Assembly (NCBI GenBank): GCA_020441995.1
Contig: JAGRLC010000003.1
Span: 6,208-70,207 of the forward strand
Origin: Rhodobiaceae bacterium
GTDB taxonomy: Bacteria; Pseudomonadota; Alphaproteobacteria; Rhizobiales; Tepidamorphaceae
Direction of reading: 5' to 3'
Length of the DNA stretch: 64,000 nucleotides
Shown: in pieces, positions 37,238-46,576 of the stretch
Layout of the letters: each line of letters begins with the position of its first letter
Position numbering within the stretch: the stretch's first letter is position 1
The notes under the pieces: model-generated
Database searches by the model: none
Told to the model about the DNA's origin: nothing
Seen by the model: only the letters and a program-made list of their open reading frames with translations
Program-made: the position numbers and the translations under genes

Positions 37238-38038
37238 GTGGAAACGATGCGAGCGAACCGCAAATACCGGACGCTATTCGTTTCGGATCTGCATCTTGGA
37301 ACGCGTGGCGCACAAGCCGAGATGTTCCTCGATTTTCTCAAGGATCATGAGGCCGACACGATTTTTCTGGTTGGCGATATCGTCGATTGCTGGCGGCTCA
37401 AGCGCGGCTGGTATTGGCCGCAGAGCCATAATGATGTCGTCCAGAAGCTGCTGCGGCAATCGCGCAAGGGCGCGCGCATCGTCTATATCCCCGGCAATCA
37501 CGACGAGGTTCTGCGCGACTATATCGGCACCCATTTCGGCGGTATCGAAGTCGTTCAGCAGACCATTCACGAGACGGCGGATGGCAAGCGCTACCTGCTG
37601 ATCCATGGCGACGAGTTCGATGTTGTGGTGCGTTACGCCAAGTGGCTGGCGTTGCTGGGTGACTGGGCCTATGTCGTGGCGCTGACTTTCAACACCTATT
37701 TCAACGTTGCCCGCCGAAAGCTCGGGTTCGGCTACTGGTCGCTGTCGGCCTGGCTGAAGCTGAAGGTGAAGAACGCGGTCAACTTCATCGGCGAATTCGA
37801 GGACGCTGTCGTCGAAGCGGCAAAGCGCGAGCAGGTGGAGGGCGTGATTTGCGGTCACATCCACCATGTCGCGGACCGCGACATGGACGGTATTCACTAT
37901 CTCAATTGCGGCGACTGGGTCGAAAGCTGCACGGCACTGGTGGAACACCATGACGGGCGGATCGAGGTCATCGACTGGGGCGCGCAGGCGCGCGCCAACA
38001 CGGTCGTTTCGCTGAACCGGAAAGAGGCGGCTGCCTGA
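37238..38038 (+). CDS. plcP: Metallophosphoesterase, PlcP-like phospholipase C (LpxH2 family)
   Basis: 'SDLHLG', 'GDIVD', 'PGNHD', 'HGD', 'CGHIH' and 'GDWVES' motifs. Pho box upstream and GT4 gene downstream. Confidence 0.8.
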   Translation: METMRANRKYRTLFVSDLHLGTRGAQAEMFLDFLKDHEADTIFLVGDIVDCWRLKRGWYWPQSHNDVVQKLLRQSRKGARIVYIPGNHDEVLRDYIGTHFGGIEVVQQTIHETADGKRYLLIHGDEFDVVVRYAKWLALLGDWAYVVALTFNTYFNVARRKLGFGYWSLSAWLKLKVKNAVNFIGEFEDAVVEAAKREQVEGVICGHIHHVADRDMDGIHYLNCGDWVESCTALVEHHDGRIEVIDWGAQARANTVVSLNRKEAAA

Positions 38039-39063
38039 TGAAGATTCTGCTTGCTACCGACGCCTGGTACCCGCAGGTCAACGGCGTCGTGCGTTGCCTT
38101 GACCATGTGCGCAAGGATACCCGCCAGTTTGGCGCCGATGTCCACGTGCTTTCGCACGAAGGCTTCACGACCATTCCCCTGCCGACCTATTCGGAAATCA
38201 GGCTTGCCCTGACCCGGCCTGGCGCCATTGCCCGCAAGATCGAGGCGATCGGGCCGGAATACGTCCATATTGCAACCGAAGGGCCGATCGGTCATGCGGT
38301 GCGCCGCTGGTGCATAAAGAACGGTCAGCCGTTCACGACGAGCTACCATACGCGGTTCCCGGAGTATCTGCGCGCGCGGGTTCCGGTGCCGGTCGATCTC
38401 ACCTACCGCTATCTTGCCAATTTTCACAATGCCGGCCGTGCGGTGATGGTGACGACGGATGCGCTGGCGGAGGAACTGCGCGGACGCGGGTTCCGCACGG
38501 TGGTGAAATGGCCGCGTGGCGTCGATAACAAGCTGTTCCGGCCACGCGAGGAAAAGGTGCTCGATTTTCCGGGGCCCATCTCGATGTATGTGGGCCGCGT
38601 CGCGGTTGAAAAGAACATCGAAGGCTTTCTGAAGCTCGACATTCCCGGTACCAAGGTCGTCGTCGGCGACGGACCGCAGAAGGCCGAGCTGGAGCGCAAG
38701 TTTCCCGATGTGAAGTTTCTCGGCGTGAAGCACGGCGAGGAACTGGGCGCGATCTATTCCTCAGCCGACGTGTTCGTGTTCCCCAGCCGCACGGACACGC
38801 TCGGGTTCGTGGTCATGGAGGCGCTTGCGTCGGGCGTTCCGGTTGTTGCTTTTCCGGTGACCGGGCCGCGGGATATCGTCGGCGATGCTCCGGTCGGCGT
38901 GCTGACGGAAGATCTGGCCGCCGGCGTTCACGAGGCATTGAAACTGTCGCGGGAAGCCTGCCGGGCGCGCGCGCTCGAATTCTCGTGGGATGAGTGCGCG
39001 AAAATCTTCCTGGATCATCTGAAGGCTTATCAGGGCGACAGCGTGCAACGCTCGGCTGCGTAA
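38038..39063 (+). CDS. Glycosyltransferase family 4 (Agt-like glycolipid synthase)
   Basis: 'TDAW.PQVNGV', 'HIATEGP', 'YHTRFPEY', 'VGRVA.EKN' and 'FPSRTDT.G.V..EA' motifs. Translationally coupled to plcP. Confidence 0.85.
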   Translation: MKILLATDAWYPQVNGVVRCLDHVRKDTRQFGADVHVLSHEGFTTIPLPTYSEIRLALTRPGAIARKIEAIGPEYVHIATEGPIGHAVRRWCIKNGQPFTTSYHTRFPEYLRARVPVPVDLTYRYLANFHNAGRAVMVTTDALAEELRGRGFRTVVKWPRGVDNKLFRPREEKVLDFPGPISMYVGRVAVEKNIEGFLKLDIPGTKVVVGDGPQKAELERKFPDVKFLGVKHGEELGAIYSSADVFVFPSRTDTLGFVVMEALASGVPVVAFPVTGPRDIVGDAPVGVLTEDLAAGVHEALKLSREACRARALEFSWDECAKIFLDHLKAYQGDSVQRSAA

Positions 39064-39106
39064 AATGGGATTGATGGTCTAGCATCCCGGTGCTAACCGA
39101 TCCGGT

Positions 39107-40120
39107 ATGACCGATCCCATACCGCTTTTCGACAATCCGATCTCCGTTCCTGTTGCCGCTGATGTGAAGGCTGCCGCGACGCGTATCGCCGGGCAGGCTG
39201 TTCGCACACCGCTGATCGAGAGCGCTGCCCTGAACGAACTGACCGGCGCGCGGGTGTTCCTGAAGCCGGAAAACCTGCAAAGAACAGGTTCCTTCAAGTT
39301 CCGTGGCGCGTTCAACGCGATTTCCGCCATGCCGGAGAATGTGCGCTCGCGCGGCGTCGTGGCCTGTTCGTCGGGCAACCATGCGCAGGGAATAGCGGCG
39401 GCGGCGCGTCTGCATGAGATTCCGGCAACCATCGTGATGCCGGCCGATGCGCCAAAAGCGAAGATCGAGGGGACGCGCGCGCTCGGCGCAACCATTGTGC
39501 CATATGACCGGGCGAGCGAGGACCGCGACCTGATTACACGGGGTGTTCAGGAGCGTACCGGCGCCGTGCTGGTGCATCCGTTCAATGACCCGCTTGTTAT
39601 CGCGGGGCAGGGGACGGCCGGACTTGAAGCGGTGGAGGACATCTCGGCGGCGGGACTTGCGCTTGACGATGTGCTGGTTTGCACGGGCGGCGGCGGCCTT
39701 ACGGCGGGCGTTGCTCTGGCGGTCAACGATGCGTTTCCCAATGCACGTATCTACAGCGTCGAGCCGGAAGGTTTCGATGACATGGCGCGTTCGCTCAAGG
39801 CCGGCATCCTGCAATCAAACGCACAGATGTCCGGCTCGGTCTGCGATGCGCTTCTGACGCCTTCGCCCGGCGAGACGGGCTTTGCGATCAACTGGCGTCT
39901 TCTGGCGGGCGGGTTGTCCGTCAGCGACGAGGAAGCCCTGTCCGCAGTTGCGTGGGCATTCCGGAATCTGAAGCTGGTTCTGGAACCCGGGGGCGCCGTG
40001 TCGCTGGCGGCGTTGCTGAATGGCAAGCTCGATGTGCGCGGCAGGACCGTGCTGGCAATCCTGTCCGGCGGCAATGTCGATGCCGAGATGTTTGCCCGTG
40101 CCCTGACGTCCGCTAGCTGA
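39107..40120 (+). CDS. Threonine/serine dehydratase (PLP, fold II)
   Basis: 'K.ENLQRTGSFKFRGA', 'SSGNHAQG', 'GGGGL' and 'SGGNVD' motifs. Confidence 0.93.
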   Translation: MTDPIPLFDNPISVPVAADVKAAATRIAGQAVRTPLIESAALNELTGARVFLKPENLQRTGSFKFRGAFNAISAMPENVRSRGVVACSSGNHAQGIAAAARLHEIPATIVMPADAPKAKIEGTRALGATIVPYDRASEDRDLITRGVQERTGAVLVHPFNDPLVIAGQGTAGLEAVEDISAAGLALDDVLVCTGGGGLTAGVALAVNDAFPNARIYSVEPEGFDDMARSLKAGILQSNAQMSGSVCDALLTPSPGETGFAINWRLLAGGLSVSDEEALSAVAWAFRNLKLVLEPGGAVSLAALLNGKLDVRGRTVLAILSGGNVDAEMFARALTSAS

Positions 40121-41150
40121 ACAGCGCCATCGTCTGATCGGGTGTCAGCTTTTTCGCGGATTTCTTCTCCGGCTTGTCGAACAGATCCTCGTCGAGACCA
40201 TCGATGTCCGCGTAGGATTGGGCCTCAACCGGTTCTTCGTTCTCCACTTGAAACGGGTCTTCGTCGGTGTCGATGATATCGATGATTTCGGAAGCGTCCT
40301 CAACTGTGTCGAGATCAACGATATCGACGGCTGTTTCGGTTTCGCTCCCGGCTTCGCCGCTGTCGTCGTCATCGTTCCAGTCGAGCGATGCCTCTTCAGG
40401 GTCGACAATGTTGGGCTCATGCTCGGCCATGTCGGGACCGGCATGCGCCATCAGGCTATCGATGTCGTCCTGTTCGATTTCCGTGCCCGGCTTGGCGGGG
40501 CCGTTCAGCAGATGCGCATCGGGCCGCGAGTCTTTTGGCTCTTCGATAGGCTCGCTATCGCCACTGGACCGCAGGTTCCAGATATCGATCATCGCGTTGA
40601 CGCGGCTTTCGACATAGCGGAGCGCCTGGACGACCTTCTGGATGCGCTGACCGGTGATATCCTGGAAGGAGCAGCCGGTGTAGATGTCGATGATCAGTTC
40701 ATCGATCTTGGCGCATTCTTCCTTGGCTTCGCCGCGTTCCATGGCGTGCCAGGCGACTTCCTGGATCTTCTCCGCCGCGGCCAGAATTTCGTTGGTTGCA
40801 TTTTCGGTCGCACCGACAACGGCATCAAGCTCTTCGGTGGCATCGAGGAAACGGTCGTTCTTGTCTTCCGACTGCAGAGAGCGGATTTCGCGGCGTGTGC
40901 GCGAAATGGCTTCGGCCATGTCCATCAGATCAAGGCGGACATCGGCGACGGCGGAGTTGGAATCCGTTTTCTTCAGCGCACCTTCGAGCCGCGAAACGGC
41001 ATCAAGCACAAGCTTCGTATCGGAATTGCGATTACGCCTTGTGTATTCCGCGAGGAACCAGCGGCCTCGCGCGGTCTCCATGACTGCTGCTTCGATCGCT
41101 GCGTATTCGTCCTCGCTTATCGGCGCGGGCAAATTGTCGGACATGGGCAT
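40113..41150 (-). CDS. Alphaproteobacterial CheZ-like phosphatase with acidic C-terminal region
   Basis: 'EAAVMET.RGRWFL.EY', 'ELDAVV..TE.AT..I' and 'CSFQDITGQR' (DxxxQ) motifs, then an Asp/Glu-rich linker ending 'QTMALFS'. Confidence 0.75.
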   Translation of the reverse strand: MPMSDNLPAPISEDEYAAIEAAVMETARGRWFLAEYTRRNRNSDTKLVLDAVSRLEGALKKTDSNSAVADVRLDLMDMAEAISRTRREIRSLQSEDKNDRFLDATEELDAVVGATENATNEILAAAEKIQEVAWHAMERGEAKEECAKIDELIIDIYTGCSFQDITGQRIQKVVQALRYVESRVNAMIDIWNLRSSGDSEPIEEPKDSRPDAHLLNGPAKPGTEIEQDDIDSLMAHAGPDMAEHEPNIVDPEEASLDWNDDDDSGEAGSETETAVDIVDLDTVEDASEIIDIIDTDEDPFQVENEEPVEAQSYADIDGLDEDLFDKPEKKSAKKLTPDQTMALFS

Positions 41151-41304
41151 TCTGCCTTGCTGGACATCTTCTCCGCAAATTGCGAGATCAGACGGATTCT
41201 TGACCGACAGGGTCGCAATGAAAGGTTATCAACTCCTTTCCAATACAGACGGTTTCCGGTTTTCACCCTAAGAAAGATGCGATTTTTCGCTAAGAGGCGC
41301 GGTT

Positions 41305-42465
41305 GTGAGTCAATCCAGGTCATATGCGCTTCGCGTGGCGGCGTTTTACGGCGCGATTTTCACCTATATCGGCGTCTACATTCCGTTTTTCCCGCCTTTC
41401 CTTGAAGCGCGCGGGCTGAACGCGTTCGAGATCGGCGTCATCATGGCGTTGCCGCTGGGCGTGCGCATTCTGGCAACGGCGCTGATGACGTGGATCGCTG
41501 ACCGCTCCGGCAATCCCAAGGCCGTTTTGATCCTTTACGCGGCCGGTGTGCTGGCCAGCACGCTGGCTTACGCGGTAACCGGTGATTTCATCACGACCGC
41601 CGCCGTGACGGTCGTCAACGCGGTCTTCCTCAATCCGGTCATGCCGATGACAGAGGCGATCGCGTTGCGCGGTGTGCGGGTTTATGCGCTCGACTACGGG
41701 CGCATGCGGCTGGCGGGGTCCGCGACATTCATCGTCGGCAATCTGGCTGGCGGCGCAATTCTTGCGGCGACGGGCGCGGGCTTCGCGGTATGGCTGATGG
41801 CCGTTGCGGTAGCGGCAATTGTGATGACGGGGCTCATGCTGCCAAAAGCCGACGGGGGGGAAGCTCTTGCGGAGCGTCAGGCCGGTTTCCTCGCCTCAAT
41901 GCGCGCCGCCGCCAATCCATACGATCTGGCGGTGATGGGTGGGCTCGCGATGGTGCTTGCCAGCCATAACCTGTTCTACGTGTTCGGCACGGTGCACTGG
42001 GCGGCGCAGGGCATCGGCAGCGCCACGGCGGGAACGCTGTGGGCCATCGGGGTGGTCGCGGAGATCATTCTCTTCGCCTGGTCGGGCGCGATCGGTGCAA
42101 GGCTTGGCACGAATGGATTGATCCTGCTGTGTGTGGGATGCGCCTTGGTGCGCTGGACGGGCATGGCGTTCGATCCGACGCTCCTGACGCTCTACCCGCT
42201 GCAGGTGCTGCACGGATTCACCTTCGGTGCGACGCATCTTGCGGCGATGCGTTTTCTCTCGGGCCACGCGGCGAGCAGCGGCGCAAACAGCCTGCAGGGG
42301 CTTTACTTCACGCTGACCGGACTTTGCGGCTGCCTGGTCAACTTCGCCGCCGGGCCGCTGTATGACGCATTTGCCGGGGGCAGCTATGTCGTGATGACGG
42401 TGCAGGCGCTCGCGGGCGGTGCGCTGGCGCTGTATGGATTGCGGCGCGCGGCCTCAGCCCCATAG
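41305..42465 (+). CDS. MFS transporter (HcaT/MFS_1-like)
   Basis: 'P.F..FL..RG', 'YG.MRL.GS..F', 'GVVAEI..F' and 'Q.LHG.TFG..H' motifs. Confidence 0.85.
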   Translation: MSQSRSYALRVAAFYGAIFTYIGVYIPFFPPFLEARGLNAFEIGVIMALPLGVRILATALMTWIADRSGNPKAVLILYAAGVLASTLAYAVTGDFITTAAVTVVNAVFLNPVMPMTEAIALRGVRVYALDYGRMRLAGSATFIVGNLAGGAILAATGAGFAVWLMAVAVAAIVMTGLMLPKADGGEALAERQAGFLASMRAAANPYDLAVMGGLAMVLASHNLFYVFGTVHWAAQGIGSATAGTLWAIGVVAEIILFAWSGAIGARLGTNGLILLCVGCALVRWTGMAFDPTLLTLYPLQVLHGFTFGATHLAAMRFLSGHAASSGANSLQGLYFTLTGLCGCLVNFAAGPLYDAFAGGSYVVMTVQALAGGALALYGLRRAASAP

Positions 42466-43446
42466 GGCGGCTTGAGGGGGCAGGATGCGGCTGCCCTCGA
42501 AGACAAGGCCGGGTTCGCGGTCGCGCGCTAGCAGAAGCGGAGCGTCGAGATCGGCGAATTCGGCTCGTGCCGCGACGACCATTGCAGGCGCCATGGAAAG
42601 CGAGGTGGCAACCATGGAACCGATCATGATCGTCAACCCCATGTCACGAGCCGCATCCGCAAGGGCCAGCGCTTCCGTCAGTCCACCTGTCTTGTCGAGC
42701 TTGATGTTGATTGCGGTGTATTTCCCGGCAAGATCGGCAAGGGTGGATGTATCGTGCGCGCTTTCGTCGGCGCAAACCAGCACATCGGCGCCCGCGATAT
42801 CGCGAAGGGCTTCGTCGTCGCCGGCGGGCAGGGGCTGCTCGATCAGTTCCACGCCAGCCTTTGTGCAGGCTTCGAGATTGGCTTCGAGATTGGATGCGCT
42901 CCAGCCTTCGTTGGCATCGATGATCAGGCGCGAATTGGGCGCGCCCTCGCGGACGGCGGCCATGCGCTCGACATCGCCATCGCCGCCGAGCTTCACCTTG
43001 AGAAGTGGACGTGCGCTTGCTGCCCTGGCGGCTTCCAGCATCTTTTCCGGCGTGCCAAGGCTGAGCGTATAGGCGGTAACGATGCCCGCCGGTTCTGGTT
43101 GACCGGCCAGTTCCCAGACGCGTTTTCCGGCCTGTTTGGCCTCCAGATCCCACAGGGCGCAGTCGATGGCGTTCCTGGCCGCCCCCGCAGGCATGGTTTT
43201 GCGGAGTTTCTCACGGTTCATGCCTTGCGAGATGGCATCGGCCTGTTCCGCAATCTGCGTACGGACGTTCTCGACGCTTTCGCCATAACGCGCATAGGGC
43301 AGGCACTCGCCACGCCCGGTGTGGCCACCGTTGAAGATCTCAGCGACCACCACGACGGCTTCCGTCTTGCTGCCGCGGGCAATGGTGAAGGAACCGGCTA
43401 TCGGCCAGCTTTCGACGGAGGTTTCAATGCGCAATGTGCCCGGCAT
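42454..43446 (-). CDS. dgcA: N-acetyl-D-glutamate racemase / dipeptide epimerase (enolase superfamily)
   Basis: 'F.IARG', 'KVKLG', 'DANE', 'EQP', 'ADES', 'IKLDKTGG' and 'DLD' motifs. Directly downstream of dgcN. Confidence 0.85.
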   Translation of the reverse strand: MPGTLRIETSVESWPIAGSFTIARGSKTEAVVVVAEIFNGGHTGRGECLPYARYGESVENVRTQIAEQADAISQGMNREKLRKTMPAGAARNAIDCALWDLEAKQAGKRVWELAGQPEPAGIVTAYTLSLGTPEKMLEAARAASARPLLKVKLGGDGDVERMAAVREGAPNSRLIIDANEGWSASNLEANLEACTKAGVELIEQPLPAGDDEALRDIAGADVLVCADESAHDTSTLADLAGKYTAINIKLDKTGGLTEALALADAARDMGLTIMIGSMVATSLSMAPAMVVAARAEFADLDAPLLLARDREPGLVFEGSRILPPQAALWG

Positions 43447-44451
43447 CTAGAACAGCTCTTTGATGCGGTCGACGATCGGGCCAACGCCGGTGCGGATCGG
43501 ATCGCAGGCGGGAAGGCCATATTTTTCGCCGAGGTCCGCAATGGTGCTTTTCGCGGCCTCATCGTCGAGCGCATGCGTATTGATGGCAAGGCCGACGCAA
43601 CTGATATCAGGGTTGGTCAGGCGGCCCGCGCTAATCGTCATGTCGATGACATCGGAAATATCCGGAATCGGGGCCTCGACATTGCGCATCTTGGTGCGCG
43701 TCGGCTCATGGCAAACCACGAAAGCATCGGGCTGGCTACCGTGCAGAAGACCGAGGCTGACGCCGGCAAAGCTTGGATGATACAGCGATCCCTGGCCTTC
43801 GATCACGTCCCAATGATTGGCCTCGTTGGCGGGCGAGAGCCATTCGGCGGCACCGGCGATGAAGTCGGCGACCACCGCATCGATCGCAACGCCGCGGCCG
43901 GAGATGAACACGCCGGTCTGGCCGGTTGCGCGGAAATCGGCGTTGAAACCGCGCTCGCGCATTCCGCGTTCCAGGGCGAGCGAGGTGTATTTCTTGCCCA
44001 CCGAGCAGTCGGTGCCGACGGTCAGCAACCTCAGGCCGGGACGCTTGGTGCCCTTGCCGGTGGCAAATTTCTGCGCTGAATGTCGCACGTCGAGCAATTG
44101 CACGCCGTGCTCGTCGGCTGCGCGGGCGATTTCCGGCACATCGCGCAAACGCTGATGCAGGCCAGTTGCAATGTCCATTTTCAGGCTGATGGCGGTTACA
44201 ATGGTCTCGATCCAGTGATCGGGCAGCACGCCGCCGGGATTGACGACGCCGACGACCATTGTTTTGACGCCCTTGGCGTGTGCTTCATCCAGCGTCATGT
44301 CCGGAATGCCGCAATCGGCCTTGCAGCCGGGCAGCCGTAGCTGGCCGAGGCACCAATCACGGCGCCAGTCGACGATGCCCTGGGCCGTTTTGGCGGCAAG
44401 CTGGTCGTGCACATCGCCAAGAAAAAGCAGATAAGGTTGCGCTATTTCCAT
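43447..44451 (-). CDS. dgcN: D-glutamate N-acetyltransferase (DUF1611 family)
   Basis: 'PYLLFLGD', 'VGTDCSVGK', 'ATGQTG', 'DFIAGA', 'EGQGSL' and 'LHGSQPD' motifs. Confidence 0.88.
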   Translation of the reverse strand: MEIAQPYLLFLGDVHDQLAAKTAQGIVDWRRDWCLGQLRLPGCKADCGIPDMTLDEAHAKGVKTMVVGVVNPGGVLPDHWIETIVTAISLKMDIATGLHQRLRDVPEIARAADEHGVQLLDVRHSAQKFATGKGTKRPGLRLLTVGTDCSVGKKYTSLALERGMRERGFNADFRATGQTGVFISGRGVAIDAVVADFIAGAAEWLSPANEANHWDVIEGQGSLYHPSFAGVSLGLLHGSQPDAFVVCHEPTRTKMRNVEAPIPDISDVIDMTISAGRLTNPDISCVGLAINTHALDDEAAKSTIADLGEKYGLPACDPIRTGVGPIVDRIKELF

Positions 44452-44602
44452 TTTTGCTCCGCCTGTGGCTTTGAGGAACTTGTCTGAAGGGTTGTCTCGG
44501 ATTACCCCATTCTTGCCAATACTGGATAGAGGCGGGCAAGGGGCCGTAGCAAGCGGTTTTATCATAGCTGCCCTGCGGGAAGGCATGCTCTGCTGAAAGG
44601 AC

Positions 44603-45751
44603 ATGTGCGTGGCAACGGTTGCGATCTATAACGGCTACCGGTTGGAGGAGGGCAGCGATGCTCTGCGCTTCAAGCCGTTCGGTTCGTGGATCATCCGCAA
44701 CCTGACCGAGGTCGAGAAGACGCTCGCCAATTTCACCATGCCGGAATCCAGCGCTCCGGTGGTGATCGACCTGTCTGATCTTGAGAAGATCGATGTGGCG
44801 GGCGCCTGGCTGATCCATCGTTCGGCGAAGAAGTTCGCCGCCGCAAATCATCCCATCAGCTTTGAATCCGTTGGCCGCGCGGCACGCATTCTTCTTCAGG
44901 AAGTCGCAGAATCCGACCGCCCGGCTCTTCCGCCGGAGCCTGTGCCCTCCAAGGCCTATACGCTTGTTGAGGATGCCGGCAAATCGGTCATCAGTTCCGC
45001 CGTCGACCTGAAGCGCCTGACCGAGCTGATCGGTTCCATGGCCGCTATCGGCGTTTCAATGATCCGCAAGCCCTCGATGCTGCGCTTCACGCCGATCCTG
45101 TATCATCTTGAACAGACGGGCGTGCGGGCCATTCCGATCGTCGCGCTGATCACTTTCGTTATCGGCGCCATCGTCTCCCAGCAGGCGATCTACCAGTTGC
45201 GTGACTTCGGCGCCGAGCAACTGGCCGTGAATTTCGTCGGTATCGTCATCCTGCGCGAACTCGGCGTGCTGCTGACCGCGATCATGGTCGCGGGCCGTTC
45301 CGGCAGCGCCTTCACCGCCGAAGTCGGCGCCATGAAAATGCGTGAGGAAATCGATGCCGTGCGCACGCTGGCGCTCGATCCCATCGAGGTGATCATCGTG
45401 CCGCGGCTGACGGCGCTGGTCATCGCCGTGCCGTTGCTGACCTTTATCGGCAACCTTTCGGCGCTGACTGCGGCAGCCATGGTTTCGTTTTTCTATGGCG
45501 GGGTGCCGATCGACCTGTTCATCGAACAGCTGCGCGATCAGGTTGACCTGATCAATTTCACCCGTGGTATCCTCAAGGCGCCGTTCATGGCCATCGTCAT
45601 CGGTCTGGTGGCGGTGCTGGAAGGCTTGCAGGTCGAGGGTTCCACGGATTCGCTTGGCAAGCACACCACGGCTTCGGTGGTGAAATCCATTTTCCTTGTG
45701 ATCGTGATCGACGGACTTTTTGTCCTCTATTACGCCATGGTTGATGGGTAG
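44603..45751 (+). CDS. mlaE: MlaE family ABC permease with N-terminal STAS-like domain
   Basis: 'LRELG.LLTAIM.AGRSGSAFTAE.G.MK..EE.DA' and 'TT.SVV' motifs. Start may be GTG 44609. Confidence 0.9.
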   Translation: MCVATVAIYNGYRLEEGSDALRFKPFGSWIIRNLTEVEKTLANFTMPESSAPVVIDLSDLEKIDVAGAWLIHRSAKKFAAANHPISFESVGRAARILLQEVAESDRPALPPEPVPSKAYTLVEDAGKSVISSAVDLKRLTELIGSMAAIGVSMIRKPSMLRFTPILYHLEQTGVRAIPIVALITFVIGAIVSQQAIYQLRDFGAEQLAVNFVGIVILRELGVLLTAIMVAGRSGSAFTAEVGAMKMREEIDAVRTLALDPIEVIIVPRLTALVIAVPLLTFIGNLSALTAAAMVSFFYGGVPIDLFIEQLRDQVDLINFTRGILKAPFMAIVIGLVAVLEGLQVEGSTDSLGKHTTASVVKSIFLVIVIDGLFVLYYAMVDG

Positions 45752-45760
45752 GAGCGGGCC

Positions 45761-46576
45761 ATGGCGATCAATCCACGCGCGATCAAGACGACCGGATACC
45801 TGCTGGAGGCGGAAGGTCTGACAGTTGGCTTCGGGCCGACGAATATCATCGAGAACCTCGATATTCAGCTCAAGCGCAGCGAAATCCTGGGCGTTGTCGG
45901 CCCGTCGGGTACCGGCAAGTCGGTGCTGATGCGCGCTCTGATCGGTCTGCTGCCACGCCGGGCCGGGCGGATTCGCTACTTCGGGCGCGATATCGACAAG
46001 CTGAGCCTGTCGGCCCGGCGCAAGGTTGAGCGCCGCTGGGGCGTGCTGTTCCAGCATGGGGCGCTGTTCTCGTCGCTTACCGTGAAGGAGAACGTCCAGG
46101 TGCCGATGCGCGAGCACATGGACATATCCCAGGAACTGATGGATGAACTGGCGGAACTGACCCTGTCGATGGTTGGCCTTGCGTCGAACGCGGGCAGGAA
46201 GTTTCCTTCCGAATTGTCCGGCGGCATGATCAAGCGCGCCGCATTGGCCCGCGCGCTGGCGCTCAATCCGGACATTCTGTTCCTCGACGAGCCGACTTCG
46301 GGCCTTGATCCGGTCGGCGCGGCGGAATTTGACGAACTGATAACAAGTCTCAAGGAAACTTTGGGTCTGAGCGTGTTCATGGTAACCCATGACCTTGGAA
46401 GCCTTTATCGCGCCTGCACGCGCATTGCCGTGCTGGGCGGGAGGAAGGTCATGGTCGATGGTGATATCGACACGATCCTGGCTTACGATGATCCTTGGGT
46501 GCAGTCCTATTTCCATGGCAATCGCGCCCAGACGGTTCAGGTGCAGATGGCCGAACAAGACAAGGTTCCTGTGTAA
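45761..46576 (+). CDS. mlaF: MlaF family ABC ATPase
   Basis: 'GPSGTGKS', 'FQ.GALF', 'LSGGM.KR' and 'DEPTSGLDP' motifs. Confidence 0.92.
   Translation: MAINPRAIKTTGYLLEAEGLTVGFGPTNIIENLDIQLKRSEILGVVGPSGTGKSVLMRALIGLLPRRAGRIRYFGRDIDKLSLSARRKVERRWGVLFQHGALFSSLTVKENVQVPMREHMDISQELMDELAELTLSMVGLASNAGRKFPSELSGGMIKRAALARALALNPDILFLDEPTSGLDPVGAAEFDELITSLKETLGLSVFMVTHDLGSLYRACTRIAVLGGRKVMVDGDIDTILAYDDPWVQSYFHGNRAQTVQVQMAEQDKVPV

Noticed and set aside
37238-38038. Annotation as lipid A enzyme LpxH
   Set aside because: The Pho box, the coupled GT4 gene and the GNHD motif favour the PlcP phospholipase subfamily.
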